A DNA stretch of 64,000 nucleotides from Lama guanicoe (Eukaryota), in contig MU054212.1 in NCBI GenBank assembly GCA_013239625.1, positions 9,410,898-9,474,897 on the forward strand. Reading direction: 5' to 3'. How positions within the stretch are numbered: the first letter of the stretch is position 1; every line of letters starts with the position of its first letter. The position numbers and the translations under genes were made by a program. The notes under the pieces were generated by a model. The model was not told where the DNA came from, did no database searches, and worked only from the letters and a program-made list of their open reading frames with translations. This document shows positions 1 through 11,634 of the stretch, piece by piece.

Positions 1-1644
1 TGTGATGTGAAACAAGCTCTGAGGACTTACTTCTTGCCCTCTAGCAAGTGATACTGGATGTCCTTTTCATGTCCAAGTGAATGTAAATCTTCAAATGGAT
101 GAGAATAGCCTTTGTATTAAAACATTGTAGAAAAAAACTATATAGTAGGGTCAGTCATTCATATCAGTATTAAAACATGGATAATGTACCAGTAAAAATG
201 TATCCTCTCCCTTTGAATAGTAACATGTCCTGAATGGTTTTCTGTAAACTTTCTATGGTTGAACTGTTTTGTTCAACCTAGAGACAGCTGTCTCAAAAGA
301 ACTAAGAATTTTGGCCAAGAAAATTCCAATTTTGAACCTCAAGTTTGGACATATGGAAGAGTAGAAAGGAAAAGAAAGAAGAAGAATTTCACCGGAATAT
401 GGTATAGCTTAGACTTTTAACGGATTCCCCCCCTTTTTTTTGAAGTCATAACACTTATAGGAAATGGTCAGACTATGAATGGTTTGTTTGTATTTTGACT
501 TGAAATATTTTCTTTTGTTCTGTTTTCTGAAAACCTAGGCTATAAAATGGGACAGAAGAAAATGACAGTTAATCTTAGTTGTTTGTCTGGATCTCTCCTG
601 CCACGGGGGAAAAGGGCAGGGAGTCGTGAGGGTGGCCCTTACCTGGTGCTCTCATGGGTGGACTACAGAAAATTGTAGCATGAAGATCAGATTGATGCCC
701 TTTGGTTTTGCTTTTCTAGCCCCTCCCTCTCCATGACAGAGATGTGTGCAAGGGCACAGAAATGAAGGGCGGCCCACTTGGCAAGCATGTTGGAGGAGAG
801 AGAGGGGGATTTTTCAGTTGGCAGTAGTTAAGGACATAGACTGAGAGTCAAGAAATAGTCATTAAGGGGAATCTAAGGACAACCAGATAAGGAGACCTAA
901 CCCTTTTTCTATCTATTTCTGAAATTGGTGAAAAATAAAACTTTCTGAAATGTTAGTGTTTAATATTTAAGCTAGTGATTCTTGGAGGTTTCCCTAGAGA
1001 CCAATCATAGTTAACACTGCCTCTCCTAAGCTAAACCTTGAGAAGGAAACATGAAAAAAAAAATCACAAATACTAGAAAGAAATTGTTCATCAAAGGTAT
1101 GGAGAAAGTATACTCTCAAAAGGAGATACTTTTGAATTTGAATTTTCATTTTGACTTAATCGTAAGAAAATTTATAAAACCATGTTTTCAGAAAGTGTCT
1201 GGTGGTCAGACTTTAGATCGTGTCTTATATACAATGAAAATGAAATTGAGGCCACCAAAAGCCTCTTTGAACCTAAAGAGGGAAAATAAGTTTCTTTTTG
1301 AATGCCAAATGGAGATTGTCACCTTGTCTCCTGTGCTGTCTGATTTACTCTCTCTGATGGGCTTCTCTTAGCTGCGCAGATGAGCGCCTTCTCACTCACC
1401 CTCATGGGAACTGGGTGATTTTGGTCGACGAGCCCACTTCCGGTTAGGAAGGGCGTCACTGTGGACACTTGAGCCTGAAGAAGGACGTGGTAAAGTTAGA
1501 TGTCTTCTTTATGTGCTCACTAAGTGGCAAAGAAACCAACTCAAAGGTGTTATGCTCTTTGGGTATCTGTAGTATAATATCTGACTCAGTGTACTGCCAA
1601 GCTCCTCGCCCAGTAAAAGTTTTGTGGATAGAACAATGTGATTA

Positions 1645-2600
1645 ACCGCTGACTTCTCACCAGAAACAGCAGAGGAAAGAGGCAGTGGGATGGCATATTC
1701 AAAACGCTGGAAGGAAAAAACGAACTAGCAGTCAAGCAAAACTGTCCTTCAGAAATGAAAGTGACATAAAGACATTCCTAAATAAATAAAGACAGAAAAT
1801 TCATTGCTAGCTTACCTGCCTTAAAATAAATGCTAATATAAGTATGTTCAGATGAAAGAAAATGACATAAAACAGTAACTTAAAGTCACACAAAGAAGTC
1901 GATTGCTGGTAAAAGTAGTTATGTGTCTCTCTTTTCTTAAATAACTTAGAAGACACCCGAATAAAAAGCAATAATTATAAAACTGTATTGTTGTTGAGCT
2001 CATAAGATACAAAGATGTTGTACGTGCATATGTGTATGTGTGTATTTGCACAAATGGAGGGGACAGAGGGAGCTCTACTGGAGCAAATTTCCTGTGTATT
2101 GCTGGAATAAAACTGTCTTTATCCATAGACAACATGATCCTGTATGTAGAAATTCTTAAGGAATCCCCCTAAAAACTGATAAAATTAACAAACAAGTTCA
2201 GCAAGGTTGCAGGATTCAGATTAATATGCAAAAGTCATTTCTATGTGCTACCAATGAACAATTCAAAAACGGATATATTTAATAAAAGCAGCACAATAAA
2301 AACACTGAAAATAACAAAACATTGCTGAGAGAAATTAAAGATCTAAGAAATTATTCCATGTTCATGGATTGCAAGACTCAATGTTGTTAAAATGACAATT
2401 TTTCCTAAATTAGTCTAAAGGTTTGTTGCAATCTCTATCAGATTTCCAGCAGAGTTTGACGTTTTCTTTTTTGCAAAAATTGGTAAGATGATCCTGCAAA
2501 GGAATAATAATAGTCAAAAACAATTTGAGAGAGAACAGTAAAGTGTAAGGTCACTCTTTCTAATTTTAATGTTTACGCTAAAGGTACAGTAGATAGAATT
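1645..2600 (+). mobile_element. Old L1M LINE fragments (ORF1 end and ORF2 pieces)
   Basis: L1-like motifs gacttctcaccagaaac, aagttcagcaaggttgcagga and ccatgttcatggattgcaagactcaat. Degenerate, with no long ORF. Confidence 0.7.
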
Positions 2601-3112
2601 ATAACCTGACTTGTATGCCTTTTGAATCCTGGTGAAATGGTTTTACTCCCATGACTATGTTATGTTGTATAGTAAAAAGATTATTTTGATGTGCCTAACC
2701 TAATTACATGAGAAAAGCGGAGCGTTTTCCCCAGGTGGGAGCAAAAGGGAAAGAGAGATTTGAAGCATAAGAAGGATTCAAATACCATTGCTGGCTTTAG
2801 AGGTGGAAGGGGTTAGGAGCCAAGAATGGTCTCTGACCAACAGCAAGAAAATATAATTTAAGTCTTACAACCACATGGAACTGTATTCTGTCAACAACCT
2901 GAATGAACTTGCAAGCAGGTTCTTCCTCAGATATTTCCAGTTAGAGACCTGCCGAGCTGATAATCCTGATTTCAGTCTTGTGAGACACTAAGCAAAGAAC
3001 CTAGCCAAGCCTGCCTGAGCTCCAGGCCTACAGAACTGTGAGGTAATAAATTTGTGTTACTGTAAACCACTACGTTTGTGGTAATTTGTTATACAGAAAT
3101 AGAAAGCTAATG
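2600..3112 (+). mobile_element. MLT1 (ERVL-MaLR) LTR inserted in L1
   Basis: Typical MLT1 3' end: cagaactgtgaggtaataaatttgtg...tttgtggtaatttgttatacagaaatagaaagctaat. L1 sequence resumes afterwards (gacatatagatcaatgaaacagaa). Confidence 0.75.
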
Positions 3113-3587
3113 ATGGACATATAGATCAATGAAACAGAACTGTGAATTCAGAAATAAACTCTGGCAATTATGGTCAATTGATTTTCAACAAAGATGCAAA
3201 GGCAATTCAATGGGGAAAGAATAATCTTTTCAACAAGCATTGATAAGACAGTTGGAGATGTGCAGACAAGATCAATTTAGACCCTTCACGCCATGCACAA
3301 AAAGTAACTTCAGTATTATTCCAACATTTAGTACACCTCTTTTGAAACCTAATTCATATATTGGTTCTCATCAGTATCAGGTTTTGGTCTCCTTCAGGTG
3401 CAGTGCTTTTTACACATACTGCAGTGACCACCTGAGCTTGAACACTGATCGCAACATGTCATCTAGTCTTATGTAATTAATAGTAATCACAAGTATTGCC
3501 TTTGATTAAGAAAATAGAGTATTACTTTTATGATACATGAAATCCTTAATAAGAAAAGAAAAAGACTTTAAAGACTTAGACACAGAC

Positions 3588-4385
3588 AGGAGACCATAAA
3601 CCTAGAAGAGAACATAGGCAAAGCATTCTCTGACATAAATCATAGCAATGCCTTCCTAGGTCAGTCTACTAAGGCAATAGGAAAAAAAAAGCTTTTTTAT
3701 AAAAATAAAAGCTTATTTATAAAAAAATAAACAAATGGGGCCTAATTAAACTTACAAGTTTTTGCACAGCGAAAGAAACCATAAACAAAATTGAAAGACA
3801 ACCTACAGACTCAGAGAAAATATTTGCAAGTGATGGAACTGACAACGGCTTAATTTCCAGAATGTAGAAATTGTTCATATAGCTCAATAAGAAAAAAACA
3901 AACAACCCAATCACAAAATGGGCTGAAGACCTAAACAGGCATTTCTCTAGTGAAGACATACAGATGGCCTATAATAGGCACAAGGAAAGATGCTCAGTAT
4001 CTCTTAATTATCAGAGAAATGCAAATCAAAACTATAGTGAGATATGGCATCACACTGGTCAGAATGGCCATCATTAAAAAGTCTATAAATAAATACTAGA
4101 GAGGGTATGGAGGAAAGAGAACCCTCCTACACTGTTGCTGGGAATGTAACTTGGTGCAGCCACTGTGGAAAACAGTATGGAGATTCCTTAAAAAACTTAA
4201 AATAAGAGTTTAAGATTTAAAGTTTAAGAGTTAAAAATAAGAGTACCATATGATCCAGCAATCCCACTCCTGGGCATATATCCTGAGAAAACTCTAATTC
4301 AAAAAGATACATGCACCCCAGTGTTCATGGCAGCACTACTTACAATAACCAAGACGTGGAAGCCACCTAAATGTCCATCAGGAGA
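3588..4385 (+). mobile_element. L1 LINE ORF2 3' fragment
   Basis: ctagaagagaacataggcaaa..., gaaatgcaaatcaaaac, ccatatgatccagcaatcccactcctgggcatatatc and aaatgtccatca are hallmark sequences from the end of L1 ORF2. Confidence 0.9.
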
Positions 4386-4852
4386 GACCGAGCAAAGAAG
4401 GCAACGCTTTATCAAAATGCAGAAGACCTAGCCGAAATGTAAATAAGGACAACTATAATAAAGAAAATGAGAATGACTCTAATGAAGAGCATGAGAAGCA
4501 TGAGGACTTAGTCTCATTTCCTGGCTCTGACTCACTATGCTATCTGGTCTGGAAAGAGTAGGCTATTTATGTGGGAGATCACACCCCAAAATGTGGGGTA
4601 GAGGTGAAACTATGCAGACGGGGCTCAAGGAGAGGGCACGAGGGATGAATAAACACTTGTCAAGACCCATAGAACTACATAACACAAAGACACAGGGTGA
4701 ACCCTAATGTAGCCTGGATTTTAGGTAGTTTGGGTAATAATGCATCAGTATTGGTTAATCAGTTGTTACGAATTTACTACTGTAATGGAAGATGTTAACA
4801 ATCAGGGAAACCATGAAGGGGGGAGAGGGAGTATATGTGAACTAACTGCTCA

Positions 4853-4914
4853 ATTTTTTTTAAACATGTTTTTTATTGAGTTATAGTCATTCTACAGTGT
4901 TGTGTCAAATTCTG
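4853..4914 (-). mobile_element. Severely 5'-truncated young L1 3' tail with target-site duplication (second copy at 9947-10008)
   Basis: T-tract plus ttttttattgagttatagtcattctacagtgttgtgtcaaattc, flanked by the direct repeat actgctca (4845-4852, 4915-4922), inside an older L1MC-like 3' end. Confidence 0.7.
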
Positions 4915-5204
4915 ACTGCTCAGTGTTTAAATCTAAAACTGCTCTTAAAATATCTGTTAATTTAAAAAATATAATGAAACTAAACTACAGGGTATAAGCT
5001 ACTCTAAAATTCTTTGCTACAAAAATTTGTTTTATATTCTAAACAAACTATGTCCTCCCAGCTGGTGGCTGGAATGCCACAAGTTACTTAACTAGAGCAT
5101 GAGCAGAACTAACCAGCTAGTATCTGTATGGTAAGTAATTTAGTTTTGCATATTTAATATGTCATCTAATTAATACAATAAGACTATGGGATATTCTTAG
5201 ATGG

Positions 5205-5758
5205 TGTATTAGTTATCTATTCTCTGTGACAAATTGCTGCAAAAGGTAGCAGCTTCAAAGACACTTATTATCCCACAGTTCTGTGGGTCAGGAATCCAGT
5301 CAAATCTTGGCTGGTTCCTGTGCTTCAGGGTCTCCCACAGGCTACGACAAACGTGTTGACAGAGGCTGGATTCTCACCTGAAGACCTGACTGGGTGAGGA
5401 TCTATTTCCATGCTCACAGGTAGTTGGAAAGAATCAGTTCCTTGTGGGCTTTTGGGTTGCTGGCCTCAGTTCCCACCGGGCTATTGGCTGGAGGCCAGCC
5501 TTAGTTCCTTGTCATCTAGACCTCTCCAGTGTGGCAGCTTATTTCATCAAAACAGGTAAGCCAAGAAGGCAGTAGTCTACTGGCAAGACAGAAGGTGCTG
5601 TTGTATGTAACCTAACTGGGGAGTGACATTTCATCACCTCTGCTGTATTAGAAGCAACTCATGTCCTGCCTACACGCAGGAGATGTTCACACACAAAGGC
5701 GCAAGTACCAGGAGACAGGCTGTGACCACTGGGGCCATCTGAATAGCTGCCTGCCACA
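5205..5758 (-). mobile_element. MLT1-family LTR (duplication copy 1)
   Basis: tgtattagttatctatt...cacagttctgtgggtcaggaatcc...ttgctggcc...gctgcctgccaca pattern. Confidence 0.7.
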
Positions 5759-5926
5759 GATGGAGAAGTTAAGCAAATTGTATGCCACAGTGGTATTTGA
5801 GTATTTGGAAATTAGTTAAAGTCTCAGGACCTGTTTCTCTGAATAGTTAGGATTCTGTTTTGCTTTAGAGGAATTTACATCTTTATTTTTGTTGTCTAAG
5901 TACTTGATTTCTCTGGTATTTGAATA

Positions 5927-6540
5927 GAGTTGAGCCTTGAACAACATGGGGATTAGGGTTTTGCTGAAAAGCTGTATGTAACTTTTGGCTCCCCTAAAAC
6001 TTAACTGCTGTAGGAGCCCACTGTTGCCTCTTACTGATAACATAAACAGTCGAATAACATGTATTTTGTATGTTATGTGTAATTATATATCATATTCTTA
6101 CAATAAAGTAAGCTAGAGAAAAGAAAATGTTACTAACAAGATCACAAAGAAGAGAAAATACAGCTACAGTACGATATTTATCAGTACTGTAGTTTATGTC
6201 ATCTGTGTACAGGATGAATTGGCTGTCTCTCACTGCCTGTATCAATATTGTCTTATGTGATACAAACCACTGTAGATGTTATACAGACTAACACTGGACA
6301 TCAAAATGAAAAGATAATGTGGGAAAGAAATTCATACTTATTTACAGGTATAACAGTTCATGCATTGTTAATGAACAAGTGGCAGAATGATTGCTTCATG
6401 GGAGCCTAGCCTCTTCACGAATGAGTGAATCATTGTAAAATAAAATTTTATGGCAATCAGTATTACAGTCATGTGGGAAACAAACCACTCAAGATATTTT
6501 AAGCACGAAGGAGGTTTATACTAAGAATACAATCTTTGAA
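5927..6540. mobile_element. Tigger2-family (TcMar) DNA transposon fragment (copy 1)
   Basis: TA followed by TIR-like gagttgagccttgaacaac, then aaaacttaact...gataacataaacagtcga...caataaagtaagctagagaaaagaaaatgtta. Confidence 0.7.
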
Positions 6541-9500
6541 AGGGCTTAAGCAGCGGGTTTTATGTTGGACTTCCAGTGGTGACTTCAGGCGATATAGAAC
6601 TAATATACTTGGGGCATAATGCTCTGAGAGCCTCACTGGAGCTATACTGGAACCAGGAACAATGCATCTAATGCTGCCATAATGGTCTCTGAACACCCAG
6701 GAAACCCAGAATAGACTCCCAGCAGTAAGATCGAGCACTGGGAAGCTGAGTCAACAAGTCGCTGGTGCCTCTGCTGCTGCCTCACTGCTGCTTCTCACCC
6801 GAAACACTGAAAAATGTCCCCCTGGTTTGGTATGGCTGGAGGGAATTCTAACGTTTTCACCATTGTCCTTGCCGGAAGAGACATGAAAGAAGACCTCCAA
6901 GATCATGTGAAATAAGCAGAACCTATTTGACTTCCAGGGCTCTGGCTGGAAGGGAGTCTGGAATATGTGATTTGTAGCCTCCCACTTTTTACAATTAAAT
7001 GGAGGGTGGAGTAGGACATGCGTCGGTGGTCAGCGCAGTATCTGCTTCCATCAGTAAGGGACTGTTCAGTGAGTTATGGTATGGTACACGATAGACGAAG
7101 AATTTTCCCAGGTGGCGGGAATTCTGTAAGCTGCAGTATAATTGCACTCTTGAGTGTTGCTTAATAAATTCTGGTGATTTAAACGTTGAACTCTTAAATC
7201 CAGCAATCCCGATGTCAGTATATTTCAATTTCTATAATACTGCTATTAAATTAGTGCTGCAAACATTGCTATTTCTTGAAAAGAGTTAAATACCTTCTCT
7301 TTTTCAAAGTTAATTTAAAGGATTACAGGACAAGTTAGACTTCCTAACGTCTAGAATGCCATACATAAATTGAGAAAACAAGAATTTTTCAAAATAGGAA
7401 ATAATGTAGACGAGGTCTTCAGCAGCTTTCCACATGAGGGGATCAGCCATAGATGAAGGACTAAGCTTACACAGAATCAGTGGCAAATATGCAGTAGAAC
7501 ATAGCCTTATCCCTGGCTCTGAAATCCAAATGTCGCCTTCCAAGGGGCGTGCGGGTCACTGTTCTTGGAGGAATGCCCTCGTGGCGTCCTCTCACGTATC
7601 ACCTGGTGTACCTGCCGGCCCCTGTGTGAAATACACACACAGGAAGGACTCGAGTAGGCTCACTGGAAACTTAAAGCTCCGGGACAAGTATTTTAGTTTG
7701 CGAACACAAATCTGTGAAGTTCTGCCCTCTCTTGCCCCCACAAAATGAAGTTCAAATCAAAAAGTATTTTTAAATAAAAAATAAGCTATTTTATTTTAAA
7801 GTGTACAAGCAATGAGATTAGAGTGAATTGCCTCAGAAGCTAAATAACCAGACTTCCTCTAACAGATTTTAATTATTTTTATAGTTTTTTTTCCCCCAAA
7901 TGAAGACTCACAATAGCCATTTAAAGCAAACTAGAGCAGCTCTTTCATCTTTATTGCAAGCTTCAGACTCTAAACAAAGCATGAAGCTGGGCAGTGCACT
8001 GTTTAATTTTCAAATTGGATTTTTCATTATGTTTTATGATAACTTTTTATTTTTATCAAGTTGCATCTCAGCCTTCTGTTTAGACTCAAGAAGATTTATG
8101 GCAAATGATCTGAGTGCTTATTTGGACAAACAAATGCAATAAATCAGTTTACTGTTTCAATAAAATGTTATTAATAGAACACATTATTCTGTTCAATATT
8201 ATGTTATCTTTAAAATTAAGCAGAACATTAGTGGCAATGAAACTAGTTTCAATCAATACATTCCTGTAATGAAACCTATTGTATAAGAATCTTTTCTTTT
8301 TAAGAAGGAAAAATGTCCTTAACACAACTACCAACTTCTGACTCTACAGAGGGCATTTCCCAGCTTCTGAAAATTTTTTGGTAGGATTTCTTAGTGTTTG
8401 TTTTGGTGTTAAGAAGAGAGTTTCTTGAGAGCTACCCTGCATCAGTTACAGCATGAATGTTCCTTAAATGCTTTTTTTTTTTTCCAAATTGAAGAGTTTG
8501 GTTGGCACTTGACCTGGCAAGGACCCACTCAGGTGTGTGCCCCAATGAAATTGAGGTCAGGGAGGATTTTAAGAAAGGTGGAGCTGCTGTTGACAGGAAT
8601 ATAAGAACTGCCAATTTCTCTTCTTGTCTTACAGCATTTCTGGTTAAATTCTTAATGGAGTGTAAATAGATACTTTCCTTAATGGAGTATAGATAGGGGA
8701 CATAGATTTTAATGTTTCAAAATTCATAAATAATGAGAATTTACTAGGAGTGAGCCCCGATTTAGACCCTCAATGACCCACTATGCTCCCTATTCAGATT
8801 TTAAAATGATGGCTTTAAAATCAGAGGTGGCTGAAGTCCCAGGACGGTATTGCAGTCTTAGGAGACCTTCACCACCCAGGGACTGGCGGGTTGTTTCTGC
8901 TGCTGTGTTCTGTTTAGATAGCAAAGTGCCTTTAGAGACAGTTCATTAGCAAATAGCTAATGATTGGTGGTAGGCTGTGATCAAATTCTTTGAGTCGGGA
9001 TGAGTTCCACCCTTTGCCAATGGATCTGTTTGTGAGTTGGGGAATATATTTACTTTCTGCCATGTCTTTTCATCTTCTCTGCATGTGCATAAGATCTCAC
9101 ACTCAGAGACAGGGAAATAGGTAAAGCCCTGTCTAGACTCTGCTGAGTGTGCGCACATCATACTACCTTCCATATCATCCAGTTTGCTGGGATCTTATCA
9201 AGGCTCTTTGCTGCTGTCTCATTCCTTACCCTCCCTGTTAAATTTCTAACTGCTTTACCAATCAATTGCTTGCTCCTCCAGGAGTCCATCCTCAGGCTAG
9301 CTGCAACATCGGTTATCCTAATTGTCACCAAGGTCACTGTTGTTTCTACAACTCTCAGGGGTGTGGCAGTTTTCCACACTTCACTGCAAATTAAGTCAGG
9401 CTCCTTGAGTTACACTGCGAGTTTTCAAGACTTGCCCTACCCTCTACATCTGCCTTTCCTATCTAGCAGGGAGCGGACACGGGAGCACAGCCCCAGTCTA

Positions 9501-10298
9501 AAATGCTGCACTCTCTCCCTATTCTTACCCAAGGTTTAGTTTGAATAAGTGCTCCTTAATTCGTTGTATGCCTTTGTTTAATTCCCACGGTACTAAAATG
9601 GGACTTTTTTCATAATTTAGTATGATTTTAGGAGGGAAAGGAGCTTTATTGAGCTTCTCACTCTGCCACCCCAGAATTCCCACATTCAGCTTTTCTGCTT
9701 TAGATTACATCAGGAGCTAGATAGAGAGGGCACGAGGGATGAATAAACACTTGTCAAGACCCATAGAACTACATAACACAAAGACACAGGGTGAACCCTA
9801 ATGTAGCCTGGATTTTAGGTAGTTTAGGTAATAATGCATCAGTATTGGTTAATCAGTTGTTACAAATTTACTACTGTAATGGAAGATGTTAACAATCAGG
9901 GAAACCATGAAGTGGGGAGAGGGAGTATATGTGAACTAACTGCTCAATTTTTTTTAAACATGTTTTTTATTGAGTTATAGTCATTCTACAGTGTTGTGTC
10001 AAATTCTGACTGCTCAGTGTTTAAATCTAAAACTGCTCTTAAAATATCTGTTAATTTAAAAAATATAATGAAACTAAACTACAGGGTATAAGCTACTCTA
10101 AAATTCTTTGCTACAAAAATTTGTTTTATATTCTAAACAAACTATGTCCTCCCAGCTGGTGGCTGGAATGCCACAAGTTACTTAACTAGAGCATGAGCAG
10201 AACTAACCAGCTAGTATCTGTATGGTAAGTAATTTAGTTTTGCATATTTAATATGTCATCTAATTAATACAATAAGACTATGGGATATTCTTAGATGG

Positions 10299-10852
10299 TG
10301 TATTAGTTATCTATTCTCTGTGACAAATTGCTGCAAAAGGTAGCAGCTTCAAAGACACTTATTATCCCACAGTTCTGTGGGTCAGGAATCCAGTCAAATC
10401 TTGGCTGGTTCCTGTGCTTCAGGGTCTCCCACAGGCTACGACAAACGTGTTAACAGAGGCTGGATTCTCACCTGAAGACCTGACTGGGTGAGGATCTATT
10501 TCCATGCTCACAGGTAGTTGGAAAGAATCAGTTCCTTGTGGGCTTTTGGGTTGCTGGCCTCAGTTCCCACCGGGCTATTGGCTGGAGGCCAGCCTTAGTT
10601 CCTTGTCATCTAGACCTCTCCAGTGTGGCAGCTTATTTCATCAAAACAGGTAAGCCAAGAAGGCAGTAGTCTACTGGCAAGACAGAAGGTGCTGTTGTAT
10701 GTAACCTAACTGGGGAGTGACATTTCATCACCTCTGCTGTATTAGAAGCAACTCATGTCCTGCCTACACGCAGGAGATGTTCACACACAAAGGCGCAAGT
10801 ACCAGGAGACAGGCTGTGACCACTGGGGCCATCTGAATAGCTGCCTGCCACA
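10299..10852 (-). mobile_element. MLT1-family LTR (duplication copy 2)
   Basis: Copy of 5205-5758 at +5094. Confidence 0.7.
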
Positions 10853-11020
10853 GATGGAGAAGTTAAGCAAATTGTATGCCACAGTGGTATTTGAGTATTT
10901 GGAAATTAGTTAAAGTCTTAGGACCTGTTTCTCTGAATAGTTAGGATTCTGTTTTGCTTTAGAGGAATTTACATCTTTATTTTTGTTGTCTAAGTACTTG
11001 ATTTCTCTGGTATTTGAATA

Positions 11021-11634
11021 GAGTTGAGCCTTGAACAACATGGGGATTAGGGTTTTGCTGAAAAGCTGTATGTAACTTTTGGCTCCCCTAAAACTTAACT
11101 GCTGTAGGAGCCCACTGTTGCCTCTTACTGATAACATAAACAGTCGAATAACATGTATTTTGTATGTTATGTGTAATTATATATCATATTCTTACAATAA
11201 AGTAAGCTAGAGAAAAGAAAATGTTACTAACAAGATCACAAAGAAGAGAAAATACAGCTACAGTACGATATTTATCAGTACTGTAGTTTATGTCATCTGT
11301 GTACAGGATGAATTGGCTCTCTCTCACTGCCTGTATCAATATTGTCTTATGTGATACAAACCACTGTAGATGTTATACAGACTAACACTGGACATCAAAA
11401 TGAAAAGATAATGTGGGAAAGAAATTCATACTTATTTACAGGTATAACAGTTCATGCATTGTTAATGAACAAGTGGCAGAATGATTGCTTCATGGGAGCC
11501 TAGCCTCTTCACGAATGAGTGAATCATTGTAAAATAAAATTTTATGGCAATCAGTATTACAGTCATGTGGGAAACAAACCACTCAAGATATTTTAAGCAC
11601 GAAGGAGGTTTATACTAAGAATACAATCTTTGAA
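11021..11634. mobile_element. Tigger2-family DNA transposon fragment (copy 2)
   Basis: Copy of 5927-6540 at +5094. Confidence 0.7.

Larger units (their letters stand above)
4630..9722 (+). repeat. Tandem segmental duplication, copy 1 (5093 bp)
   Basis: Matches 9724-14816 at a constant offset of 5094. ORF track entries repeat at that offset (e.g. 5816/10910, 7434/12528, 9147/14241). Confidence 0.98.

Noticed and set aside
1372..1489. CpG-containing stretch with an AG...GT exon-like frame
   Set aside because: Weak donor (GTG|gtaaag), an immediate stop in phase 0, and no similarity to recalled hinderin sequence.
8650..8697. Short direct repeat cttaatggagt..a.atag
   Set aside because: Only two copies, which fits a local slippage duplication. 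Not an array or CRISPR-like structure.
9147..9539. 130-aa ORF (and its copy at 14241-14633) plus other ORFs in the duplicated unit
   Set aside because: No recognisable protein or splice structure. They recur only because the DNA is duplicated, and the sequence looks like degraded L2-type repeat.
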